DNA from: an uncultured Balneola sp.
GTDB taxonomy: Bacteria; Bacteroidota; Rhodothermia; Balneolales; Balneolaceae
DNA: 32,000 nt
NCBI GenBank assembly: GCA_902529115.1
Contig: CABZVB010000003.1
Span: 111,680 to 143,679, forward strand
Reading direction: 5' to 3'
Shown here: in pieces, positions 17,862-25,498 of the stretch
Layout: the number at the start of each line of letters is the position of its first letter
How positions within the stretch are numbered: the first letter of the stretch is position 1
Position numbers and translations under genes: made by a program
The notes under the pieces: generated by a model
What the model was told of the DNA's origin: nothing
The model's input: the letters and a program-made list of their open reading frames with translations, nothing else
The model's database searches: none

Positions 17862-18578
17862 ATGTGTGGACGATACACTCTTTTTAGTGATTTTAATACC
17901 ATAGACGCACTAATTGGATCTTCACAACCAAACGAAACAGAAGGGATTTTTAAAAAAGAGTGTCTACAAGAAACCGGCCACACATTACCTTCTTATAATA
18001 TAGCACCCAGCCATGTTGTTCCGGTTATTCTTACAATTAACACCAGTACCAACCAATTAATTCGGATTCTTATGCACTGGGGATTTATGGGTTGGAAACC
18101 GAAGGCAGGAAGTCGGCCCCTATTACCCATTAATACCCGATCCGAAGAGATACTAGAAAAATCTATGTGGCGATCAGTATCTATGCAGCGATGCCTTATT
18201 CCTATGAATGGATTTTATGAATGGTCAGGTGCAAAAGGAAATAAAACCCCCCACTATATACAAGCATCCAATAACTCTATTCTTTTTGCAGCTGGTTTTT
18301 ATTCTCCCTTAAGTCCCTTGGGTTCCTATTATTCGTTTTCCATTTTAACCACAAAATCCAATACAACCATGCAAGACATTCATGATCGGATGCCAGTTTT
18401 TTTAGATCCATCTGAATGGGGTACATGGTTGAATCCAAAACAAGATTTTAATAGTTTAAATTATCTATTGGATCCTTACCCCGACGATAGCCTTAAGAGT
18501 CACATCGTTTCTACTGCTGTTGGGAACGTACGTAACAACAGCCCCCATCTTATCCAACCCGAGTTACGTTTATTCTAA
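17862..18578 (+). CDS. SOS-response-associated peptidase (SRAP/YedK/HMCES family), abasic-site DNA-protein crosslinking enzyme
   Basis: N-terminal MCGRY (catalytic Cys2), PMNGFYEW and IHDRMPVFL motifs. 238 aa. Confidence 0.85.
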   Translation: MCGRYTLFSDFNTIDALIGSSQPNETEGIFKKECLQETGHTLPSYNIAPSHVVPVILTINTSTNQLIRILMHWGFMGWKPKAGSRPLLPINTRSEEILEKSMWRSVSMQRCLIPMNGFYEWSGAKGNKTPHYIQASNNSILFAAGFYSPLSPLGSYYSFSILTTKSNTTMQDIHDRMPVFLDPSEWGTWLNPKQDFNSLNYLLDPYPDDSLKSHIVSTAVGNVRNNSPHLIQPELRLF

Positions 18579-18598
18579 TAGTACTCTTTGGCTCGCTT

Positions 18599-19240
18599 TT
18601 AAGGTGCAGGCCGATGAAATAAGAACTGCTCATCTACTTCTTGTATAAAGCGCCAATCTCCTTGATCCAGTATATATACTACATGATAGAACCGGCGCTC
18701 GGTATCCTCAACAATATAATGTAAGTGCCGAGTAACCATAACATCTTCTAAATGACGCGTTTCTATGCTATGGATTTGATAAGAACTATTTTTCCCTTTT
18801 AAAAAACGATACGGATGCATACGGTCTATTTTGGCATGTTCAATAGAACTCTGCCGTGCACATTGAGCATAAGGAAGCCACTCAAAACGAATAGGGCGTA
18901 TACGGTGAGCCAGCGAAGGCTGGTGTTTGTGTCGCTGCTGATGTACCAATACCCGATCAATAACTAGACGCGATTCATCCTCGCTATGTATAGATGAATC
19001 GAATCCAGGAAGTGCTACTATGTCCCAGAGTAATTCATCGTGATTAAATCGTACATCCATAGTTTCTCCATGTTGAGTTGTAATACTAAAAAATGAATAC
19101 GGTACTCCTCCCAGCATCTTAGTATGACAGGACTTGATCTGACGCACCTTCCGCACATAACGATGCCTCCAATCAAAGGTATGCGCCTCTGAATAGCGGG
19201 GGAAAAAAGTGAGCATTTCTATAAGTGGAAAGTTATTCAT
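18599..19240 (-). CDS. Hypothetical His/Arg-rich protein (ATG at 19240 preferred over TTG at 19246), divergent from the Y-family polymerase gene
   Basis: Long ORF with no family I recognise. About 18 His in ~213 aa by my count. No TM segment, P-loop, HTH or S24 peptidase motif was seen. Confidence 0.6.
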   Translation of the reverse strand: MNNFPLIEMLTFFPRYSEAHTFDWRHRYVRKVRQIKSCHTKMLGGVPYSFFSITTQHGETMDVRFNHDELLWDIVALPGFDSSIHSEDESRLVIDRVLVHQQRHKHQPSLAHRIRPIRFEWLPYAQCARQSSIEHAKIDRMHPYRFLKGKNSSYQIHSIETRHLEDVMVTRHLHYIVEDTERRFYHVVYILDQGDWRFIQEVDEQFLFHRPAP

Positions 19241-19261
19241 GACCAATTTTTATTTGGTCAT
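19239..19261. promoter_or_regulatory. Inverted repeat ATGACCAA-N7-TTGGTCAT in the divergent promoter region (candidate operator)
   Basis: Perfect 8-bp arms read from the sequence. The left arm overlaps the ATG of the - strand gene. The repeat lies ~47 nt upstream of the polymerase ATG. Confidence 0.4.
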
Positions 19262-19307
19262 TTTAAATTACGCACATATATTGTACATATCAATAGCAAT
19301 ATAGTTT

Positions 19308-20651
19308 ATGCCTAAAAAAAATGACTTTTCTTATCAAGCCGAGCAAGATGTGCATCGTATTACCCTCTACAATACGGTGTATCCAGAACACCAATATCGC
19401 CATCGTAAAGACCGCTTATACCTGCATTTTGACTTTGCCTGCTTTTACGCACAAGTAGAGCAACTCCGAAAGAACATGTATGGAGTTCCTCTGATTGTAG
19501 GTGGATGGAGAAAAGAAAATGGAACTGTTAAAGGTATTGTAGCCACCTCTTCTTATGAAGCACGTTCTATGGGTATTAAGACAGGAATGAGTGCCTATGA
19601 GGCCTATAAGCGCTGCCCTTATGTTTGCATGCTTCAAGTAGACTATGCTAGTTATACCGCTATATCAACGCAGGTACATCATATCATGAATCGATATTCA
19701 CATCAAATAGAGCGCTACTCAATGGATGAGTATTTCATGGACGCAAGTTTCCTTTTAGCTAAAGAAGAGCTTCAAATCCGGACATTTGCTCAACAACTGC
19801 AGCGCGATATCGTGGAAACCACAGGACTATATGGATCTGTTGGAATAGCTCGATCCAAAACCTATGCTAAGCTAGCCAGCGGCTTAAATAAACCTCAAGG
19901 TATTTCTCTTGTTCTGAGCAATGAAGATGAACGAATGTATATACACCCATTACCGCTTAACGAAGTTTGGGGTGTAGGCCGCAGGCGTTATGAGCATCTC
20001 CTGGCCGAAGGGTATCAGCGCATACGAGATGTGGTCAAACACAATGACGCCAACACCTTTATACGTTTATTTGGGCCACATTTTGGGCGTATGCTTTTTG
20101 AAACGATTACTGGGCAGGACCAAGGCCGAATACTCGAAGAAAATCATGAATATTCACCTAAGTGGGGTGTTAGTTATGGCCATACCTTTTCCGAAGGAAG
20201 CACCGACCCAGAAGCCATCAAAGGTGAACTAGCTATTGGAATCGAAATGATCTGCTACCGAATGCGGGCCTATGGTATTCGTTCGAGTAGCTTTGGAGGG
20301 CATATCGGATTTGATAAAAATAACTATCCTAACATAGGATTTCGCTTTGTCACTCCTAGTTTTACGCATATTACCAAATATGTGTATGACGAATGTATGA
20401 AAGAATTAGCTGAACTCATTGAATCCTTCTGCCACCGAAAAATAGCTATTCGTAGTCTAACTATAAGCACTCAAAACATGGACAAAACTAGCCAAATGAA
20501 TCTTTTTTTCCGGGATGAAGCCGAACATGTCCAGCGCTATCAGGCCATTGATCGAATTAATAATCGGTACGGAAAAGGTACCGTTCAGACCGCTAGAAGT
20601 CTTTACAGAGTACAGGGAAATACTCACTTCTTAGAACGTAACTCTGGGTAA
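19308..20651 (+). CDS. Y-family DNA polymerase (DinB/UmuC-like), catalytic residues intact
   Basis: LHFDFACFYAQVE aligns with Dpo4 VDFDYFYAQVE, with the catalytic Asp kept. YSMDEYFMD keeps the catalytic Asp-Glu pair. SSYEARSMGIKTGMSAYEAYKRCP and SVGIARSKTYAKLAS are present. The C-terminus IDRINNRYGKGTV is UmuC-like. Confidence 0.85.
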   Translation: MPKKNDFSYQAEQDVHRITLYNTVYPEHQYRHRKDRLYLHFDFACFYAQVEQLRKNMYGVPLIVGGWRKENGTVKGIVATSSYEARSMGIKTGMSAYEAYKRCPYVCMLQVDYASYTAISTQVHHIMNRYSHQIERYSMDEYFMDASFLLAKEELQIRTFAQQLQRDIVETTGLYGSVGIARSKTYAKLASGLNKPQGISLVLSNEDERMYIHPLPLNEVWGVGRRRYEHLLAEGYQRIRDVVKHNDANTFIRLFGPHFGRMLFETITGQDQGRILEENHEYSPKWGVSYGHTFSEGSTDPEAIKGELAIGIEMICYRMRAYGIRSSSFGGHIGFDKNNYPNIGFRFVTPSFTHITKYVYDECMKELAELIESFCHRKIAIRSLTISTQNMDKTSQMNLFFRDEAEHVQRYQAIDRINNRYGKGTVQTARSLYRVQGNTHFLERNSG

Positions 20652-20682
20652 TGGAGAGCAGGTGTTAATTATCAAGCCTAAT

Positions 20683-21498
20683 TTATTTTAGATTTATTTC
20701 GTTCTGTGGCGCTGAAAAAGCCACTTCTTCTTTAAACTTTGTCAAAGAAAAACTACTCTCCATCTCTTTACGGAGGCGTTGGATACTAAGTCCACTATTT
20801 AAATTACCGTTTTGAGCTACTGATATACGTCCAGTTTCTTCTGAGACTACAATAACAAACATATTGTTATTTTCGGACATGCCAATTGCTGCTCGGTGAC
20901 GAGTGCCTAAAGATTTACTTAGGTTAGGATTTTCAGATAAAGATAGAAAGCAACCTGCCGCAGTAATGCGATTATTACGAATAATAACAGCACCATCGTG
21001 TAAAGGGGATTCTTTTCTAAAAATACTCACCAATAATTTCTGCTTTACCACCGAATCGAGTTGTGTCCCAGTATTGTCAAAATTCAAGGCACCAGATGGA
21101 GGGGCAAATACAATAAGGGCCCCAATATACTCTTTCGACATATGCTTAACCGCATTCATAACCTCATCAATAACCTGCTCCGTGCTAGATTTACCACCAA
21201 ATAATCGAATAGATGGATTCTGACCTATTCGGTATAAAAGCCCTCTTATTTCTGGTTGAAATATGATAAATACAGCTAAAATACCTACATCAAGAATGGC
21301 GCTTAGAATAAAATCAATAGTAGTGAATCCAAATAATCGAATAATAAAATTGATTAGCAGAAGAAATAAAATACCCACACCCGCACGAATGGCGTAAGTT
21401 CCACGGATCCAACGGTAGACACCAACTAAAGCTCCTGCAATAATTAGTGTCTCTAAAAAATCTAATAATCCAAAATCGAGAAAACCTAGAGGATTCAA
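20683..21498 (-). CDS. cdaA: Membrane-bound diadenylate cyclase CdaA (c-di-AMP synthase), TTG start
   Basis: Three N-terminal TM helices, then IIFQPEIRG. The DAC domain carries HDGAVII, GTRHRAAIGMSE and VIVVSEETGRISVA. Confidence 0.9.
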   Translation of the reverse strand: MNPLGFLDFGLLDFLETLIIAGALVGVYRWIRGTYAIRAGVGILFLLLINFIIRLFGFTTIDFILSAILDVGILAVFIIFQPEIRGLLYRIGQNPSIRLFGGKSSTEQVIDEVMNAVKHMSKEYIGALIVFAPPSGALNFDNTGTQLDSVVKQKLLVSIFRKESPLHDGAVIIRNNRITAAGCFLSLSENPNLSKSLGTRHRAAIGMSENNNMFVIVVSEETGRISVAQNGNLNSGLSIQRLRKEMESSFSLTKFKEEVAFSAPQNEINLK

Positions 21499-21595
21499 TT
21501 CAAAAGGGTAATTTTCGTTTTATAATAACGTGTGCCATAGGTTCATCTAACCAACTAATATGTGGCCTAAAAGTATCTAAACATAAGCTGAAATT

Positions 21596-22435
21596 CTATT
21601 CTGGTTGTTTAGCCGCTTGTAAAGCTTCAAACACCCGTACACTATCACTAGCTTCTTGCACATCATGCACACGCAATATACGCACTCCCTGCATTAATCC
21701 GTGATAATGTGCCGCTAGTGTTCCTGCCAATCGTCCTTCCACTCCACGATCGTCTAACAGCTGACCAAACATAGATTTCCGAGAGGCACCTAACAATACA
21801 GGAAAGCCAATTTCTACCACTTTGTCAAGCCCTGCAATAATCTGCAGATTGTGATCCAGACTTTTTCCAAAGCCTATGCCTGGATCCACAATAATGTGTT
21901 CTACTTCTTCCTGCTGTAAAAGCATGCTTTGCTGTACCAAAAAATCTATGATATCTGTGACGGCATGCGTATAACTAGGATTGTCTTGCATATCCTGGGG
22001 GCTTCCTTGGGCGTGCATTAAAATATATGCCGCATTAAACGATGCTGCTAAACCTGCCATTGCTGGGGACTTTTGAAGCCCGCTGACATCATTTATGATG
22101 AGCGCCCCCGCATCTAAGGCCTGCTCTGCTACCCCGTATTTAGTGGTATCAATGGAAAAAATTACCTGATCGGAAAAGCGGGGTACTGCGTTTTGTAAAA
22201 TAGGAATAACTCTGCGAATTTCCTCTGATTCTGCAACAGCAGGGGCGTATGGTCGGGTGGATTCTCCACCTATGTCAATGATCGAAGCGCCTTGCTCAAT
22301 CATTTCGTCAATACGATGAAGAGCTGCACTAACCCGATTGAACTGTCCTCCGTCACTAAAGGAATCGGGAGTCGCGTTAAGTACTCCCATAATGGATGGA
22401 CGGTCTTTTGCAAAAAACGGATCAAGTGCTAACAT
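21596..22435 (-). CDS. folP: Dihydropteroate synthase
   Basis: IMGVLNATPDSFSDGG, IIDIGGESTRP, INDVSG, DPGIGFGK and LLGASRKS are pterin-binding DHPS motifs. Confidence 0.92.
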   Translation of the reverse strand: MLALDPFFAKDRPSIMGVLNATPDSFSDGGQFNRVSAALHRIDEMIEQGASIIDIGGESTRPYAPAVAESEEIRRVIPILQNAVPRFSDQVIFSIDTTKYGVAEQALDAGALIINDVSGLQKSPAMAGLAASFNAAYILMHAQGSPQDMQDNPSYTHAVTDIIDFLVQQSMLLQQEEVEHIIVDPGIGFGKSLDHNLQIIAGLDKVVEIGFPVLLGASRKSMFGQLLDDRGVEGRLAGTLAAHYHGLMQGVRILRVHDVQEASDSVRVFEALQAAKQPE

Positions 22436-22480
22436 GGATTTAGAAGGGTGACAGGTATAAAATTACCCTACCCAGTAGCT

Positions 22481-22816
22481 TTACCACTCCTCTTGAAGTT
22501 GATCTTCTTTACCCTCTCTACTTGCCCATTCATCTGCTTCAGGTAATGCATCCTTGGTTTCGTTGATGACATTGTCTTCCCATACTTCGGCAAGGCGTTC
22601 GTTCAAGTCAATAAAATGTTCCCATTTTTCAGGCACCTCATCATCGGGATAAATAGCCTCAACAGGGCATTCGGATACACATGCATCACAGTCAATGCAC
22701 TCATTCGGATCTATGACCAAAAAATTAGGCCCTTCTCGAAAAGCATCAACTGGGCAAACTGCCGCGCAGTTGGTGTATTTACATTTAATACATGGTTCTG
22801 TAACAACGTAAGGCAT
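22481..22816 (-). CDS. 7Fe ([3Fe-4S][4Fe-4S]) ferredoxin, Azotobacter FdxA type
   Basis: [25 protein letters not shown]....[16 protein letters not shown] cysteine pattern. 111 aa with an acidic tail. Confidence 0.85.
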   Translation of the reverse strand: MPYVVTEPCIKCKYTNCAAVCPVDAFREGPNFLVIDPNECIDCDACVSECPVEAIYPDDEVPEKWEHFIDLNERLAEVWEDNVINETKDALPEADEWASREGKEDQLQEEW

Positions 22817-23134
22817 AGCGTGAAAGTAGAGTGAGTTATTCTTGAATTAAAATAAAATATGCGCCCGAATTTGATTAGATGCAATCCAAATTATAGCGAG
22901 AACGTAGTGTCAAAGCATACAATAGTTTATTTTATAATTAGATAACTTTTCTTAATCGTAAAGAATTCCCTCAAACGTTTCGAAACTGGCGTCGTTGGGA
23001 GCGGGCGCCACACATAGTAAATGGATCAATAATTCGTACGCATGTACAACTTCAAAAGGAGTAAAATCAAGAGATACATTTCAGCCGAAAATATACACTT
23101 CTTGAATTCATATATACGCATATCTCGCGTAGTT

Positions 23135-24445
23135 TTATTCAAAATCAGAGGTTAATTTATACCGAGCAATACGATTATTTCCTTTGTCGGCTACATAAAC
23201 TACTCGGCGAAAATATGCCACACCACTAGGCATATTAAACTGTTTAGGACCTGCCCCTAGCTCACCAAAAGACACCATAATCTGACGTGTTTGATCTTCC
23301 GCTCCTGCTGGTGGGGGGACACCTTCTTGACCATTAGACTGAAACTGGTATAATCGGTGCGTCTCACTATCTACTACAAAAATAAATGCGTCATCATCCC
23401 CACCAAATGCTACATCTTGAGGATTTAGAAATTTATTGGTTTCGTATAAAAACCCACTTGCTTGTGAAGTATCCTGGGCTAGTAGTTGTGAATTTTGTTG
23501 ATAAACCAACCCATCAACCGTCTCTACTACGTCAATCCATAAAACTCGAAACGGTATATCTATGTTGGCTTGTGATTGTGTAATCAAAAAGCTTCGATTA
23601 TCAGTATAGGTATCTCTCTGTGGTGGGGCTACAAAGGTAGCTATTCCGCTCAGGCCTATAGCACTTCTTAAAGAAGGCACGTTTGGGCTAAGGCTCCTGA
23701 TTTGACGCACGTTACGCATCTTATCTGTTTTAATGCCGTTTTCTACTATTCGGTGAAATTCTAACACCGTATTATCTGGCGCCGCAACTTGAGTGGTCTC
23801 ATTGAATGGACCAGTTCTTGTGACATACAAGGTATTATCAGCCAGTATGCTGAGACCAGTGATTTTCACTTTTTCGTAATTGGTCCCACTGCTACGATTT
23901 AAGCGTGAATTTTGAGCCGCAGAAGTACTTAAACTCGCATCATCAAATGGAAAAATAAGAGTATCTACAAATTTTATAGGGCCCGCTCCGTTCATATTCT
24001 TTATTTTTAACACAGCGGGAAGATTCCATGTAATGGAAGGATCAATACTCTCAATAATCGTATCAATCCTAGCTGCTACATACACGTTCAAGAGTCTATC
24101 CTGAGTAACTGCTTCTGCTCCTTCTAATTCTATGGTCACTCGTGGAGATAGATCAGCTCTATCTAGTAAATGAACCCCATTAGCATCAGTTACGTAAACA
24201 AATTCATCAAATCCTACATGTATATCATTAGGAGCGTCGAACCCACCCCAAAATGGTAATACTGGGGCATAACCATCTACATTTTCTAATCGGGGATCAA
24301 TTTTACCTTCGTTAAATATTTCGTCGGTATCTGCATTGTCTTTGGTGTTAAATAGTTCACTACATCCACCTTGAACCATCATCAAAAAGAACAGTAGCAA
24401 AGGTGCTAAAACTCTCATAAAAGGTTGAATTAGTGCTAATTTCAT
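23135..24445 (-). CDS. Lipoprotein with beta-propeller/NHL-like repeats
   Basis: Signal plus lipobox LLFFLMMVQGGC. The C-terminal repeat GVAYFRRVVYVADKGNNRIARYKL is NHL-like. The start overlaps the upstream stop (ATGA). Confidence 0.6.
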   Translation of the reverse strand: MKLALIQPFMRVLAPLLLFFLMMVQGGCSELFNTKDNADTDEIFNEGKIDPRLENVDGYAPVLPFWGGFDAPNDIHVGFDEFVYVTDANGVHLLDRADLSPRVTIELEGAEAVTQDRLLNVYVAARIDTIIESIDPSITWNLPAVLKIKNMNGAGPIKFVDTLIFPFDDASLSTSAAQNSRLNRSSGTNYEKVKITGLSILADNTLYVTRTGPFNETTQVAAPDNTVLEFHRIVENGIKTDKMRNVRQIRSLSPNVPSLRSAIGLSGIATFVAPPQRDTYTDNRSFLITQSQANIDIPFRVLWIDVVETVDGLVYQQNSQLLAQDTSQASGFLYETNKFLNPQDVAFGGDDDAFIFVVDSETHRLYQFQSNGQEGVPPPAGAEDQTRQIMVSFGELGAGPKQFNMPSGVAYFRRVVYVADKGNNRIARYKLTSDFE

Positions 24446-25497
24446 AAACTTACTCTCACTCCTATCCGATGAATTTGCCCCAAACGCTCAAAACGAGTGT
24501 AGGCATAATCAGCTTTCAATATTCTACCGACAAAAGGTACAGACACGCCACCACCAAGACTAGGTATTCTGCGTTCTAATTGTCCAAATTCATAGCCAGT
24601 TCTGAGATGAAATTGATCCATAAAACTGTACTCAGCACCTATGTTTAATTGCTCAGCATTATCAGATGGATTAGTGACTTGAGCCGTAATTGTTACTTTA
24701 TTTTGCTGATTATCAACCAAATCATATGCAGCACCAATATGGAAACGGGTCGGTAACGATGTATTAGTTTCTGGTTCTAATTCTAAAACTCCCTCTAAGG
24801 ACTCTCTTTGAGTAGTACCATCTGGTGCCGCATCCAGACCAAAGTTATTAATCCCTACTCCAAAACGTAGTCCTGTATCTCCTACCCGATAAGCAAAACC
24901 AAAATCTATGGCACCACTTTGGTATTGTATCTCTTCAACTTTTTCTAATAGATACTTAAAGCTAAGACCATAGCTGAATAAATCCGTTACCTTCTGAGCA
25001 ACTGAAAGTCCAGCAGCCATATGGTGGGTTGAAAATATTCTGCCCGTACCAAAGGGTTGAAACTCCGTAGTTTCCACTATGTCACCAGACCCTAAGTACT
25101 GAACAGAAACACCGATTGCATAGCTATTGATACGCTGGATATAACTAAAATAATCTTGCTGAATACCAGCTACATACTCCGTATGACTGACCATAAATTC
25201 TGATCCATTCGTTTCTGCAGATAAAGCAGGATTCCAATATAAACTAGAGCCATCCATTGCATCGGCCATATTGGAATTCCCCATAGCCGCCGAACGGGGA
25301 TCGACTGGAATTTTAGTAAACTGGAAACCTTCCGTGCCTGCTCGGTCTTGCCCAAAGCTTTTTTGAGCTTTTAGCGTAGTGGTAGAGCCAGCTAGGAATA
25401 AAAATAACAATACTATAAACCCAACATATACTAAAATACTGTTTGGTAATATTCGGTTATAGAAAGTACGTTTGATATGCTTTTCTATTGAATTCAT
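24442..25497 (-). CDS. PorV/FadL-like outer-membrane beta-barrel (possible T9SS shuttle paralogue)
   Basis: After the signal peptide, IPVDPRSAAMGNSNMADAMDGSSLYWNPALSA resembles the conserved N-terminal motif of the PorV/LptO family. Alternating beta-strand patterning runs to the C-terminus. At 351 aa it is shorter than canonical PorV. Confidence 0.5.
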   Translation of the reverse strand: MNSIEKHIKRTFYNRILPNSILVYVGFIVLLFLFLAGSTTTLKAQKSFGQDRAGTEGFQFTKIPVDPRSAAMGNSNMADAMDGSSLYWNPALSAETNGSEFMVSHTEYVAGIQQDYFSYIQRINSYAIGVSVQYLGSGDIVETTEFQPFGTGRIFSTHHMAAGLSVAQKVTDLFSYGLSFKYLLEKVEEIQYQSGAIDFGFAYRVGDTGLRFGVGINNFGLDAAPDGTTQRESLEGVLELEPETNTSLPTRFHIGAAYDLVDNQQNKVTITAQVTNPSDNAEQLNIGAEYSFMDQFHLRTGYEFGQLERRIPSLGGGVSVPFVGRILKADYAYTRFERLGQIHRIGVRVSL

Positions 25498-25498
25498 G

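Noticed and set aside
19308-20651. The Y-family polymerase as ImuB, the non-catalytic partner of an imuA-imuB-dnaE2 cassette.
   Set aside because: The catalytic Asp (FDFACFY) and Asp-Glu (SMDEYF) appear conserved, and no dnaE2 gene follows.
21447-21704. 85-aa + strand ORF bridging the cdaA-folP intergenic region.
   Set aside because: It overlaps the 5' end of cdaA and the 3' end of folP on the opposite strand. It has no motifs and an odd Cys/Ser-rich composition, so it is probably spurious.
22977-23010. 10-bp palindrome GTTTCGAAAC followed by a GC-rich TGGCG...CGCCA hairpin, in the 300-nt gap between the NHL gene and the ferredoxin gene.
   Set aside because: The stems are short and the loop is long, with no adjoining T-run on the - strand, so it is not convincing as a terminator. 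It could be a ferredoxin promoter or operator element, but evidence from one sequence is too thin.
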